DNA of 64,000 nucleotides from Lama glama (taxonomy: Eukaryota). The stretch's first letter is position 1; every line of letters starts with the position of its first letter. Under the pieces are notes generated by a model. That model was given only the letters and a program-made list of their open reading frames with translations, was not told the DNA's origin and did not search any database. Location: contig CM052817.1 of NCBI GenBank assembly GCA_028534125.1, forward strand, positions 32,924,001 through 32,988,000, read 5' to 3'. Below, in pieces: positions 48,950 to 61,368 of the stretch. Both the position numbers and the translations under genes were made by a program.

Positions 48950-49722
48950 ATTTACAGCAATTCCACTTTTAGGGAACTATTCTATAGAAATAACAGTGAA
49001 AGTACATAGGATCTCTGTGCAAGAATGTTAATACAGCATTGTTCGTAATGCAAAAAAAAGGAAATATCTTGAGTATTTGTCAAAAGAGAAGGCTGTAGCC
49101 ACCTGACTAAATTCTGGGACGTGGGAGAAGAAAGGCAATGTTTGGAATTTCTGGCTGTGGCCATTCAAGGAAGGGTCATACCTCCCCCTGCCCCTGTGCC
49201 CCCTCTAATGGGCTAGAATGTGCAGTGATGGTGAGCCATCCTGGACCATGAGGGTGAAAGTAACACCACAGGAATGTCAGAGCAATGGTTCAGAAGAAGG
49301 CTGGGTCCCTAACACATGGGAGCAGCCATCCAACCCTGACTACTCTTGCTGAAACTGAAGAAAGAGAAGTTTCTATGATAGTTAAAGCCACTATTAGAGA
49401 ACTCAAACCTATATCCCTATTAATACATAGATAATGGAATATTTTGTCATTATTTTTAAGAATGAGTTACATCCATATCTATTTATTGGGTGATGGCCTT
49501 GAAGTATGAGGTAATTAACTGATAAATAAGTAGCCCAAAATTTGTAAAGAAAATAAAACAAAAAACACCAAAGCCTGTATATGTATATATATAAATGTTC
49601 ATATGGCCACAGAAAAAAAGGGTGGAAAGATACCTTGATTACTGCAGGAGCAATGGGAATTTGATAAAGAGGATGGAGGCCAACATTCTAATTATCACAC
49701 ATTACTTTTGTAATTAAAAAAA
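48950..49722 (+). mobile_element. Ancient L1ME-like 3' region interrupted by an MLT1 LTR
   Basis: cagcaattccacttttaggg...caagaatgttaatacagcattgttcgtaat lies before 49093; aatggaatatt...ttaagaatgagttacatc resumes after 49427. Confidence 0.6.
49094..49427 (+). mobile_element. MLT1J-like LTR fragment
   Basis: gccacctgactaaattctgg, gccatcctggaccatgagg, gaagaaggctgggtccct, ttaaagccactatt; ends taataca. Confidence 0.7.
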
Positions 49723-49859
49723 TACCAGTTGTATATAACTCAAAGAGCAGTTATATAAGCTAAATATTCAGAGTAAAAACTGGCTGAGACTTATATTGTT
49801 CCAAATAGCAGAATAAAAAATAGAGTTGGAAAGACTTCTGTGATCTTATTCCAATCTAT

Positions 49860-50155
49860 TTTTCTTTTAACTTTTTTATTATGGGAAATTTCACTTAAAA
49901 AAAATACCCATACAAAAGTAGAAAGAATAGTACTACAATAAAATCCCTGACATGACTTCAACAATTATAACTAATAGTTAATCTTTTCATCTCCATCCAC
50001 TCCCTTCTCAAATTACTTTGAAGTCAATCTCAGATGTCATATAATTTTATCCACAAATATTTCAGTATGTATCCTTAAAAGATAAGAACTTTTAAAAACA
50101 CAACCATAATAACAGAATCATATCTTAAAAAATTATAAGTAATTTCTTAAAATGA
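49860..50155 (-). mobile_element. L1MC4/L1MC5-like 3' end
   Basis: ttttattatgggaaatttca, atacaaaagtagaaagaatagta, ttgaagtcaatctcagatgtcatataattt, aaatatttcagtatgtatc. Confidence 0.75.
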
Positions 50156-50499
50156 TGAGATAGAAACCAGCAACAGTTAAAGACTCATTGCTAGCAAAAA
50201 AAACCACAGTAAGAATCCAGGTCCTCAGAGCTTTTATCCAGCAAGTCTTCATTCATTTATACCACTTCGATTACGAGTTAATGTTAATGAAGCCCTTATT
50301 AATGAAGGCAAGATTCTGTGAAATGTACTGTTTGGCAACACATTATCTCATCTTATCCCCTCAAGAACCACACGAAGTACACAACATTTTTGAAGAACTA
50401 AATGAGATGTTGCAGATTGAATGCTTGAGAATTACTTGAGCTAGTAGTCCATGATGAGTTTTAACCCAAGACCTGGCACACAGAAACCACTTAGTATAC

Positions 50500-50960
50500 A
50501 GTGGGGTTTTTTTGTATTAGAGGGAGCAAAGGACAACTAATCAATAGGCTTGGCTCAAGTAAGGTTATCTTTCTTGGGAATTTGAAACTGGTATGCAAAA
50601 ATTGAGTGAGTTGGCTGTGAGGTGTAAGATTATACAGGATATAGCCAGAGAGTTCTACATGGCACATCAAAGCTCTTTGTTGACTAAGTTTATGGAGATG
50701 TAGAAACCAAGGGAGGAACAGAAGATGCTGGTCTGCCAGGAAGAGGGCAGGCAGATACGCACAGAGAAGCAAGACCAGAGACAGTCTAGAGAGCAAGACT
50801 GTCTGAATGGGACTGAACACTCAAAGATATTTTAGCTCCTCTTAAGCTTGGCTGTATTTCCTGCAACTGGATCCCATAACACTTCCCATTTTTCTTTATA
50901 ACCAATCCCCTTTTCACTTGGTCTAGTTTGGATGGGCTTCTGAGTCCTGCTACCAATTCT
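50500..50960 (+). mobile_element. MLT1K/L-like LTR
   Basis: cagagaagcaagaccagagac, aatccccttttcacttggtctagtttggatgggcttctg...ctaccaa. Confidence 0.5.
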
Positions 50961-52418
50961 TTTCTGCTTATTAGTAGTAATTCTATGACAACTACTCTCT
51001 ATCACTGTTCTGTACGCTAGTACATCTGGTACAGTATAGGACACAGCATAGGACATGCTTCATGAATGCCTACTCAGGACTTAAGCTTCTCATCCTTTCT
51101 GCTAAATATTCAGACACGAGAGCAACCAAGATTCACCTGTGAGGTGATTACCCTCACCTTCCTTAATGGTTTCTTGGCCAGATCTCTACCATGGGGTCCC
51201 TTTCAGACAAATCAGTCAGGCATAGCAGATCAGGCTGAATTTTCTGGTGGCCATCAGTGCACCACTGTAGAAAAGAATACGTCTTTGCTTCAAAAATTAC
51301 ACATGAATAAAATTTTAATTATGGGGTTATATTTTCCCTTGTATTTATTTGGTTTTAAAATTTCAGAGACTTTTGCTGGCAAAACCCACAATAACATCAG
51401 AAATTTCTTTCTGGTTGCGTTATGTAATCTTATTGTATTGAGCAGTCATTTCTTAAACATTTGTAAATGGAATGATCTCTACTGACTCTTTAACAGTTTA
51501 TGACTCATTGTCAAGTAATCACAATCTGAATGCAAATGTAGGCGGGGATCTGATCACCTACTTTATGTGCTTTTAATGTTTCTATTTTTACACATTAGAG
51601 ATCCTGCAAGTAGGACACACTTGTGTTTCCACTACGCAGACATGAGAGTAATATATGTGTTATTTTCCCTCTGGAAATGTACAAAGCTTTGAAAATTATT
51701 CGCTTTCTATTGCTTGGATAAAGCGAATTTTATGGGTCCAATAGGGTTGATGGGGTCCCTATAATTTACCTGAGCCATGTGTAGCCCTCAGCAGTAAATA
51801 CCATCTGAATGAGGCCAGCATACCAAGCATTCCAAGCCCTGCTCACCCATGAACGCTACATTTGGACTGTCCCACTGAAAATGAGATCAAGATGCTGAAA
51901 GGAGAAGGTAGAAGACATTACTTTTCCTGCCAAAAGATCTGTAGACCCGAGAGGGCAAAATGACATATGTGCAGGGATTGTTTATAGAAAAAATAAGGGA
52001 AAGCAGTTTTATAGCCAAAGGTATAATATCTTAATGGCATTTAATGAAATCTGATCCTAGAAAGGGTTTTTCGCCTCGGTCTTAATTTTCCTGCGTTACA
52101 AGAAAATGCTTCTATCACAGTTAACAATTTTTCGCTGGGACATCTGGGCTAACTACTCTACTCTCTTTTAATCTTCTCCAAAGAAACTTTCTACATGCAC
52201 AAACATTCAATTATTTTCTCTTGGCTAAAAAAAAAAAAAATCCAGTCTCATAAAGTAGGTGTTCTCTACAGCACCAAGGTTGATGAAAACCATACTCTTG
52301 CACAGGAAGCTCAAAAGACAGACTGGCAGGCAAGAGCTGACCCATCTGCTATGGAAACATGTTACCCTCCTTCGAGGGCCAAAACCACTGACAAGAACAC
52401 ACCATTATTTATGAAGAG

Positions 52419-52570
52419 CCTCTGCTCCCCGCTCTGGTCAGACCCCTTCCTCCGCTGCTGCTGGGCTGAGCGAACCCGCTGATAACTGGCTGCGTCAGGT
52501 CCTCCTAACTGTCGGGAGCAGAGGTGCTAGTGAAATATTAAGAGGAAAATGAGGTGGATGGACCAATCAG
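52419..52570. promoter_or_regulatory. Candidate promoter/enhancer core
   Basis: Locally GC- and CpG-rich; TGATAA at 52480, TGCGTCA at 52491, GACCAATCAG (NF-Y type) at 52561-52570. Confidence 0.35.
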
Positions 52571-53709
52571 TGGCAAAATGAGTAACTGAAAAAGCTGTGA
52601 GGAAAAAAGGACCTGCCAACTTGAAGCATTTAAATCTAATTCTCCATCAAATTGTTTGAACCTTCAAATAGTGACAAACAGGGACCCCTGAGCAGCTGGC
52701 CCAGAATAGGCTGCCGGCTTTTCCTTGTTTCCTTTTTTCTTTTTTAAGGACAAATTATTTCTTCATTCCTCAGCAGAGGAGAATCTAGAGACAATAGGCT
52801 TGGTAATTACCCCAATTTACGTGGACTGGAAGAGATTACGTATATTGTTCAAACTTTGCCAAGAAAAGGTCTTAAGAATGCAATTCAGCTATCAGGTGTA
52901 TATTGTTCTAACATCCAATGGTATCATCACGGAGCTTATGCTGTATTTGCCTCTGATAAGGAAGAACCTTCCTTTGTTCTGAGAAAATCTAGCAGTGGGG
53001 GATACATACGCAGGTAAGCAGCCTAAGTGTGATCACTTTTAACTTTAAGATCTTACAGTATGACAGTAAAAATTAAAACATAAAAATAGAAGTTCTTCAC
53101 ATGTACTTAATTCAATATTAGATGAGTGCTTTCCTAACTTTATTAATATGATTTCTTTAAGTGCTTAACTGCTTAACAGGTTATATTTCAGTTTTAAGAT
53201 CTAATTTTCACTCTTCTCTTCCTCAAATCCAGAAGTTTTCTGACCAAATCATGGCCAAATTCAGTAATATTTATATCTTCACTTGACAAATGCTCGATCA
53301 TCTCTATGGTATTAAAAAGCTTATTCTGTATTTCCTGAACTGATAAATATTTAATTCTCAAAAGTCGATTAGTCCAATCATCCCATATCAAGAACAAGCC
53401 ATAGAACAATTAACTTGCATGAGATCACATAATTAGCTGTCATTACTTGTTCACTGGATTTTACATCTAAAATACATACCAGTTTCCTTTGTGATACACT
53501 TTTAAGTCTCCCTTCTCAGGACGAAATTCTACATGAGAACTTGCAAACGTCAAATTCAGCCAGCTGTGCTGTGATCATGTTAGGCTCCGGTGTGTTAAGG
53601 AGCCTCTTAAGATTAAGAACGCCACCACTGAGACCACCATGTAAGATTTTGCTGATTTGTCTCAACCTCTCCATGGTTAATAGGAGCTGGTTACTGTTAA
53701 ATGACAGGA

Positions 53710-53890
53710 ACATTTTTTGAGCACCATCATTTGCCTTGAACTAGGATAGACTGAATGCATTATTAGTTTCATTTTACAAACAAGGAACTGAGGCTCAGAG
53801 AAGTTCTTGCCTGGAATCACAAAGCAATAAGTGGCAGAATGGAATTTTATGACCAGGTCATTATATCTCCAAGCTCATATTCTTCCAACC
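53710..53890 (-). mobile_element. MIR SINE
   Basis: cattttacaaacaaggaactgaggctcagagaag...aataagtggcagaa. Confidence 0.75.
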
Positions 53891-54239
53891 AACTAAATTG
53901 CCTTTAGTCTCAATTACCCTTTTTTTTTATAGCAAATAATTCAAATTACCAAAGTAGTCACAGGTCAGAAATCTAGTTTAGTTTTAGAAATGGAAAGGGA
54001 GTAGTTATAATTAGGTAATTAGTGACTAATTTGTGGCAAAGCCTGATTTTAAAGGTGGCAGTTTGATAAAAAGACAGTTCATGATCTTAAAAGTTATTTA
54101 ATTTTTTTTTTAATTTGGGTGAGAAAATGCTCTCAAGGTTTCAATTTTCATTCTGTGCACTGTGTGCTTCTCTAAACAATAGGGTCTAAATTAGAAGTCC
54201 CACTTTCCATAGGAAATCAAGAAACATCAAGGGCAATTA

Positions 54240-54468
54240 CTCTGGCTGCTGGTAATGTTCTAAGAGGTTCACATATATAATTTCACTTCATTATGATGGT
54301 TCTGCTATATGGCACATACTACTGCTAGCGCTACACTACAGATAAGAATCCTAAGGTACAGAGAGGTTAAATAACCTGCCCAAAGTCACACAGCTAGGAA
54401 ACAGTGGAATCAGAATATAAACCCATGTAATCTGATTCCACAGTCCATGGTCTTATCCACAATACTGC
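54240..54468 (-). mobile_element. MIR SINE
   Basis: acagagaggttaaataacctgcccaaagtcacacagctagga...tctgattccacagtccatg. Confidence 0.85.
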
Positions 54469-56043
54469 ATTGACGAATTTAATAAAACAATCAATCTGTC
54501 AAATGGTTATAATGAGTTCTTTTACCCATGCACACTGAGTTAAGATGGAACAGAGATTGAGGTGTAAGTCAAGTAAAAACACACTGTATTATCTTGGGTT
54601 TGAAATGAGTTTTTCATGGGATATCCTGCATTTAGGCCATGTGTATGATCACTGGCTACAATGACTAGTTGGGTAGATAAAGCACTGAGAATTTACTGAC
54701 TTCTTGTGGTTGTTTCTGCCCAGTAATAGCTACTCTGCTCTCACCAGGAGGGGTCTGAACAGTTCTAGAAAGGAAGTAGGAGAGGAGAGATTGTCCAGTG
54801 CCTGTGCTCATCCCAGCACCAAAAGTATTTTCTAGTGACAATAAGAATCCAAACTGAAAAGAGTACTCGAAGTACCCAATAATTACCATTATAGGTTTCC
54901 TGGCCCAGCAATTATTAGGCACTTACTAAATGCTTCCACTCCCACCACATTGTGCTTTGTAACCTGAATTTACTATCCAATTTTAAATCTTAAACCAAGA
55001 GCATGAGAAAGTCACTCTCTCCATTACAGATCACCTCTGAGCTAAGACCTTAGGGAAAGTTTCATGGCTATATGGCATTCAAAGATGCATTTCTGTGCTA
55101 TATAGAAAACACATATAAGAAGCTATATATGCATAAATACACATTTTCATACATAAATGAAGAAATTCCTTTCTTCGCTATGGGAATAGTTAGGTATTCC
55201 TGTTGTATAACACATATGGACAGATGGTTGGCGTTACGTATTTGTTTAAAGGCAATGCCAGCAAAGCTTTGCCTTTGTAAAAGGATGCTGTCACACAGAA
55301 CCAAGTGTTCTAATAGTGAGAACACTTCCTCCCTCTCCACTCGCCTTGACAACTGCTTCTTAGCCTATGTATGCTCCGAGTTTTCATTTTATGTTTATAT
55401 TTTTAAGAAGTTTTGCCTATTGTAATTACTAGTTTCTCTCTCTGTTTAGGGGTAAAACAAACATTTTGTAAACCATGGATTAACAATATCCTCCCAATCT
55501 CCACTCAGGAGTCCAAAACCTTTGCCTCCCAAGGCCTTAGAGAAGATACTTGGGCAAAATTTTAACTCTGTTGTATTACAGGATTTTATGGTATAATTAA
55601 AATACATTATAGCAATTAAAAAATTATTAAATTATAGCCTATCATAGAAACTTTTAAGATTTTATTCTCAAAGTTTCATATCAAAATACCACAAACAGAG
55701 ACAGGATTTTTTTAATGCCTGATTATTCCAAGTTTCCACTTAGTCCTTCTAATGGCCCAATGTGACAGAAGAGAATAAGAAGGTAGGACAACTTGAGTTT
55801 AGTCCATAAAGAAGTGGCCAGGCAATGTGGGAAGCCTTCCTTTAACCTCTGAGAACTATTTTTTATGCAGTTAGAAGATATGTCAACAACCGGGTTTCAA
55901 AGCTTCAAAATAAACACACCATTCGGTGTGCACCAGAAATGATATTTTGATATAAATAGCCTTTTAGGGACTGCAAAGTTAATTTTGTATGGCTAACCAC
56001 CCTAGAAGAGCATTAAAAGCAAACATTACAATATATAAAACTG

Positions 56044-56144
56044 CCAAATTTCATCAAATCCAGGACACCATCAACTGTAAGATATATCCCAAAGATGTTA
56101 AAATTTGGGGGGAAAATGTGCATCTCAGAGTAGATGAAGTACAG
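56044..56144 (-). mobile_element. MER104/Kanga1-like TcMar-Tc2 MITE
   Basis: Minus strand CTGTACTTCATCTACTCTGAGATGCACATTTT...TTTTAACATC...ATCTTACAGTTGATGG...GATTTGATGAAAT; degenerate TIRs (tttcatc / gatgaag); TA at the right flank. Confidence 0.65.
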
Positions 56145-56489
56145 TAAGTATGTGATAATTCCAGCTTCCAGGGTTATCTACTACATTATTTCAATTAGAA
56201 CTGCAAACTATAATCTACCTCCTAAAGCCCTGTAAATGTAACACACGGTTAAATGTATACTCGACCACACTTGAAGCAGAATTTCAGGCAATTATCTTAG
56301 TGTGTGGGTTAACAAAGTCTAGGTGATTTCTGTATAATCTATCCTTTATGTCCTGGAAGGGGTATCTGTTGTCATAAACAAGTTTTTAATGAAGACCTCA
56401 AGGAGAAAATCATAACTTTGGATGATTATTATATTTTTATATCAAGATGATTCTTTATTTGTTGATTTTTAACAGATTTTCTATGCTGA

Positions 56490-57494
56490 TTTTTAAAAGT
56501 TAAGACATAGTTCACAACCATAAAATTCGCCATTTTAAAGCATGCAATTCAGTGAATTTTAAGTATATTCACAAGGTTGTGTAATCAATGCCACTGTCGA
56601 ATTCCAGAACATTTTCATAACCCCATAAGGAAGCCCGGACTAACGAGCAGTCACTATCTGTCCTCTTCCCTCCTCCCTCTTCCCCACCCCACCAGCCCCT
56701 GGCAACCACTAATTTACTTTTGGTCTCTACAGATTTGCCTATTCCACATATTTCACATAAATGGAATCCTATAATATGGAGCCTTTTGTTTCTACCTTCT
56801 TTCATTTAGCATAATGTGTTCAAGGTTTATCCAGGTTGGAGCACATGTCAGTACTTCACCTGTTTCTATGAATAATATTCAATTGTATAGATATACCACA
56901 TTTTGTTAAGCCATTTATCAGCTGATGAATATTTGGGTTTTTTTCCACTTTGAGGCTTTTATGAGCAATGTTACTTATGAACATTCACGTACATGTTTTT
57001 GTGTGAACATTCATCTTCAACTCTCTTGGGTATAGGAGTGAAATTTTGGGGTCACAGGGTACTTTTATGTTTAATAACTTTCTGAGGAACTGCTAAGCAT
57101 TTTCCAAAGTGGCTGCACCATTTTACATTGCAATCCACATCCTCACCAACATTTATTATTATACTTGTTAAAAAATAACAGCCATTCTCATGGGTGTGAA
57201 GTGTTGTCTCATTGTGGCTTTGATTTGCATTTCCCTAGTGGCCAATGAAGCTGAGCATCTTTTCATATGTTTATTGGTCATCTTCTTTGCATAAACTAGT
57301 CTGTTAAAATCCTTGGCCCATTTTTCAATTGGGTTATTTGTCTTTTAATTGTTGAAATGTGAGAGTCCTGAATACTAGACTGTTATCAAATACAGACTTG
57401 CAAAATTTTTCTCCAATTCTGTGAATTGTCTTTTCACTTTCTTGATAGCATCCTTTGAAGCAAACAAGTTTTAAATTTTGATCATGTCCAATTA
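56490..57494 (-). mobile_element. L1MB-like 3' end (about 1 kb)
   Basis: accataaaattcgccattttaaag, cagcccctggcaaccactaat, ttccaaagtggctgcaccattttacatt, tgatttgcatttccctagtg. Possible degraded TSD TATGCTGATTT (56482) / TATGCCAATTT (57493). Confidence 0.92.
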
Positions 57495-58447
57495 TGCCAA
57501 TTTATGCAATTAGGAGATATGTCAACAACCAGATTTCTGATTTAGATTATTTCTCTCTTTAAGTTATTTTCATTCTATGGTTACAAGATAGACAATATCT
57601 ATGAAGTAGAAAAATTAAAGAATGCATAGTCAGAAGACACCAAATTAATTTTGTCATGAGACGTTCATAATAAAAGAATTGTTTTTCTATACAAGTTAGG
57701 GCAAAATTGCTTGACATGACGTCAAAATAAATCTAAGCAACTTCTTGACGATGCATAAAAGTTAGGAGCATCTCTACATGGCCTATCTGAGTATACAATT
57801 TCCATATTCTAAAATATTTTGGAATCTATCTGGACTAAATGCTAATATTATTAATTCACAGAACATCTTTGCTTGGCATCATTTCTGAAAATGTGGAGTT
57901 ACACAAACATATTTCCCCTGTGACATTTCAAAACATGCTCAACTATTAAAGGAAAATTAATTTAAAAGACATCTGTGCCAATATGTGTATTAGCTTCTTC
58001 TACCGAGAGCTATAACCAGAACTTCGCTTTGGTAATAATAAAATATGCTACAGTGACTTCCAAGCACCGTATAGTTTTCAAATGGAAAACAAGCTGGAGA
58101 AGCCTTGAAAGTTTGTCAGAAACGACAATGTCTGTGTGGCAAGTGGGATTTCACTGGGCCCAAGGGACGTTGTGAAACCCTCTTTCCAGCCATCTGTTGC
58201 TTTGTATCCACAATTCTACTGGAAGCTAGTCAAAAAGAGGATAACAAGTGAAAACTATTTTGGCAACAACATAAAAAACAAGAAACCCAAAACAAACACT
58301 CTCTACAAACAGATTTTCTGTTGGATTCAAATCATATATGGCAACAATTTTTAGAAAACGTACAAGCTAAACTCACTGAAAATGCTGAGAGAGAATGAAG
58401 CACGAAGGGAAACCGGGGTGAGGGGGGACCCCTTTGCAGGAGGCAAC

Positions 58448-58545
58448 TTGTCTGTTTAGTTATGTTTCTCCATAAGACAGAAGCTCCTTGAGGGCAGAAA
58501 CCAAGTCTTCTTCACTCTGTCCTCCCAGAACCTCAGGTCTGGCTA
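58448..58545 (+). mobile_element. L2 3' end
   Basis: agacagaagctccttgagggcagaaacca...cccagaacct. Confidence 0.65.
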
Positions 58546-58692
58546 AATACATTAGGAGAAGGTATAGGAAAGGATCGTATGATCTGGACAGGAAAGAAAT
58601 GAACTTGAATGAAAACACCGACAGTTTGTGATTTGGAGTGACGAAGGAACACTGATAGCGGAAGTGGTATTCTACAGTGAGGTCTTTAATAG

Positions 58693-58812
58693 CCAGCCAT
58701 TCACCTATTCAGCAAATATTTGTGGAGAACTTACCAGTTCCTGTACTGCCTTAGTACTAGGGATACAACTATAAACATAGTGAACAAAATCCCTGCCCTC
58801 GTGGAGCATACA
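58693..58812 (-). mobile_element. L2 3' end
   Basis: attcagcaaatatttgtggag...tagggataca...aacaaaatccctgccctcgtggagc. Confidence 0.75.
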
Positions 58813-58817
58813 ACTAA

Positions 58818-59045
58818 AAGCTAGTATTTATGGAGCATTGATCTGTGCCAACTATTGTATTCAGAGCTTCATATGTAATATCTCCTTTGATCTTCACACC
58901 AATCCTATGGGATTGGGATAAGCTGCTATTATTATTCTCATCTTACAGATGAGACAACTGAGGTTTAGGTCAAGGGATTTGTCTAGGTCCAGGAACCAGT
59001 GACCCAGACACAGGTCTGCCTGAACACTGAAACTCTCATCTTCAT
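58818..59045 (-). mobile_element. MIR SINE
   Basis: atttatggagca...gatcttcacaccaatcctatgg...attattattctcatcttacagatgagacaactgagg. Confidence 0.8.
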
Positions 59046-60171
59046 GGCTGCACACTCCATCAGAGATGCATTATGTGACTCTAGGACCATGATGGCAATA
59101 GCTGCCATCATGTTGTTTAATTTTGGGTGGTGATTATACAAATGAGTGCTATAACATCTTGTCTTACATTATACCAGTATAGTCATTTGCAGACAAGAGA
59201 GAAGCACCTCAAGATTTGTAAAGTTTAAATCCACGGACTCCAAAAAGGAAACTTTGTGTCCCGGGGTCATTGAAAGGAGGGAGTTAGGAAACACAAAGTT
59301 AAAAGAGAGATGTTCATATAAGAAGAAATAACGCTATGAGTTTTTCTAAGATGGAAATAAAGGAATAAATAATTGACTCTTGGCACCTAGGGAAAAGAAG
59401 AAAATGGGTGAAAGAAGAAATTCAGCGAACTCTGTGTTAGGGAGGTGTGTAAATCCCAAAGTGATTATCAATAGGAGATTGAGAATGTAAAAAAAAAACT
59501 GAAAAACCATTAGAGTCTATATTATATCTGATGGTCTTTCAGTAATTCAACTCTGGAAAATGCCTTATATTAACATAATCCTCCAGGAATACCTACATAA
59601 AACCGTTTGCTATATAAAAGTTAATTACGGGTTATTTTCCATAAAATGTTAGTTCGGTTCAACCTTCAGTTCAAATTTAGAACACCCAAAGTCCCTCCTC
59701 AGTCCTGTGGCTACAAGTTTCATAAAAACTGCTTAGGTGGCCTGTGACATAACACAGGCAGACTGAGGATTCTGGGGAGAAAAGATACACTCTGAAGTGT
59801 ATGGCTATACCAGACTTTTTAATCCATTTTAGCAATACCACATCTGCACTATTAAGACACAGTAGGTCATGCTTTTTTCCCCTCAATTATAATAATTTAT
59901 AGCTTTTCTCTTAAAAGTAATTCTTAAAGTTTATATTCTGCTGGGGTAGCAAAACTCTCAAAAGGTGCAATAATTTAGTAATTAAAGAAAAACAAATCTT
60001 CCAGGGTCAAAATCAACAATCACTGCACATTTTTAGGTTAAGTGTGGCAAAAAAGGAGACAATAAAAATTACAACAGAATGTTACATATGCAAAATCATC
60101 CTAGTGAATCAGAGCTAAATTAGAAATTGTCACATGACGTATGGTGTAGATGGCAGACCAGATCCATGCTT

Positions 60172-60285
60172 CTTTTCATTCAACAAATATTTACAAAGTG
60201 TAATATGCCAGGCTTTGTGTTACAAGTATGTAGACAGAGGTAGAATGGGACTTCCCAGCCTTTGATGAATTTACATTATAATTTG
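60172..60285 (-). mobile_element. L2 3' end
   Basis: ttcattcaacaaatattta...tatgccaggctttgtgtta. Confidence 0.65.
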
Positions 60286-60329
60286 CCTGATAAAAGACAT
60301 ACTAATACACTATGTAATATTAATTAATA

Positions 60330-60600
60330 TTGATAGATTAAGTGAAAAAAACAAAGCAGAGTCCACTGCTATCATCTACATAAAAAAAGGAGAATGGAAA
60401 AGAAAAATATATGGATTTGTGTGTGTGTGTGTGTGTATGTGTATATATATATATATATATATAGTGTATTATTTATGTATATATGAACTATCTCTGCAAG
60501 AAAACCCAAGAAACTGTTGTGTTTATTTTAGTTGTCTCCGGGAAACATAAAAGGGTAGCTGGCAGGAGGGCCAGGATATTACTTACACCATTTCAACCAT
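60330..60600 (+). mobile_element. Ancient L1ME-like 3' end
   Basis: ttaagtgaaaaaaacaaag, actatctctgcaagaaaacccaagaaactg, gggtagctgg. Confidence 0.55.
60418..60463. repeat. Compound (TG)n(TA)n microsatellite
   Basis: Read directly; lies inside the L1ME-like remnant. Confidence 0.95.
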
Positions 60601-61156
60601 AACCGTTAATGTTAGAAATACAAAAACAGTAAACAATTGCAACCCTTTCCCAGTTTTCCAAATCACTAATGTCACTCATGGGACTGTTTTAGCAAATCTC
60701 TTTTTTTTCTACATGGGAACACAAAATTTCACAAAGCTGAGAGTTGAAATAGAAAAGAGTAAGTTACCACTACATTCCTCCTACTTTGTGCCAATTGAAC
60801 ACATAATTATTAGCCATTTCCTTCATTAAATGTCTCCTAGTGGGTGTTAATGTAGTGAAGGTTTTTGTTCCTTAATTCAAAAAAAAGTATTTATGGATAA
60901 GTGATATGTGAATATTTATAAAACACTGGATGTGACACTGAATTGAACCTCATCCCAGTTCAGTGAAAATGGAAAGTATGAAGGAAATACTAGTTTAGAA
61001 GCACCAGAAATATCAATACGTGACGGTCCATGCAAATTCAGAGGAAGCCAAAATGGTTACCGGGGAGCTGGTAGAGAAAACGGTAATAACCAGACTCTTA
61101 CCTGTCGTGTTATTAACCTGAATTCTTAGGCTCACTCCTGCTAAGTGGTTACATCC

Positions 61157-61368
61157 GGGGTGGTCAAGAGCCCAGGAATTAAACTACTAACACTTAACTA
61201 CCTGAGTGAGCTTCAGCAAGTTATTTAACTTCCCCCAGTCTCCACATTTGTTCAATGCGGGATAATCATAGCAACCACTTCATAGGGTTCCTATGAAGAA
61301 TGAACACATCATTTGGGATAGTGTCTGGCACAGATGTGTACAATAAATATTATCCATTATTATTATTT
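61157..61368 (+). mobile_element. MIR SINE
   Basis: gtggtcaagagc, gcaagttatttaac, gggataatcatagcaaccacttcatagggtt, agtgtctggcacag. Confidence 0.8.
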
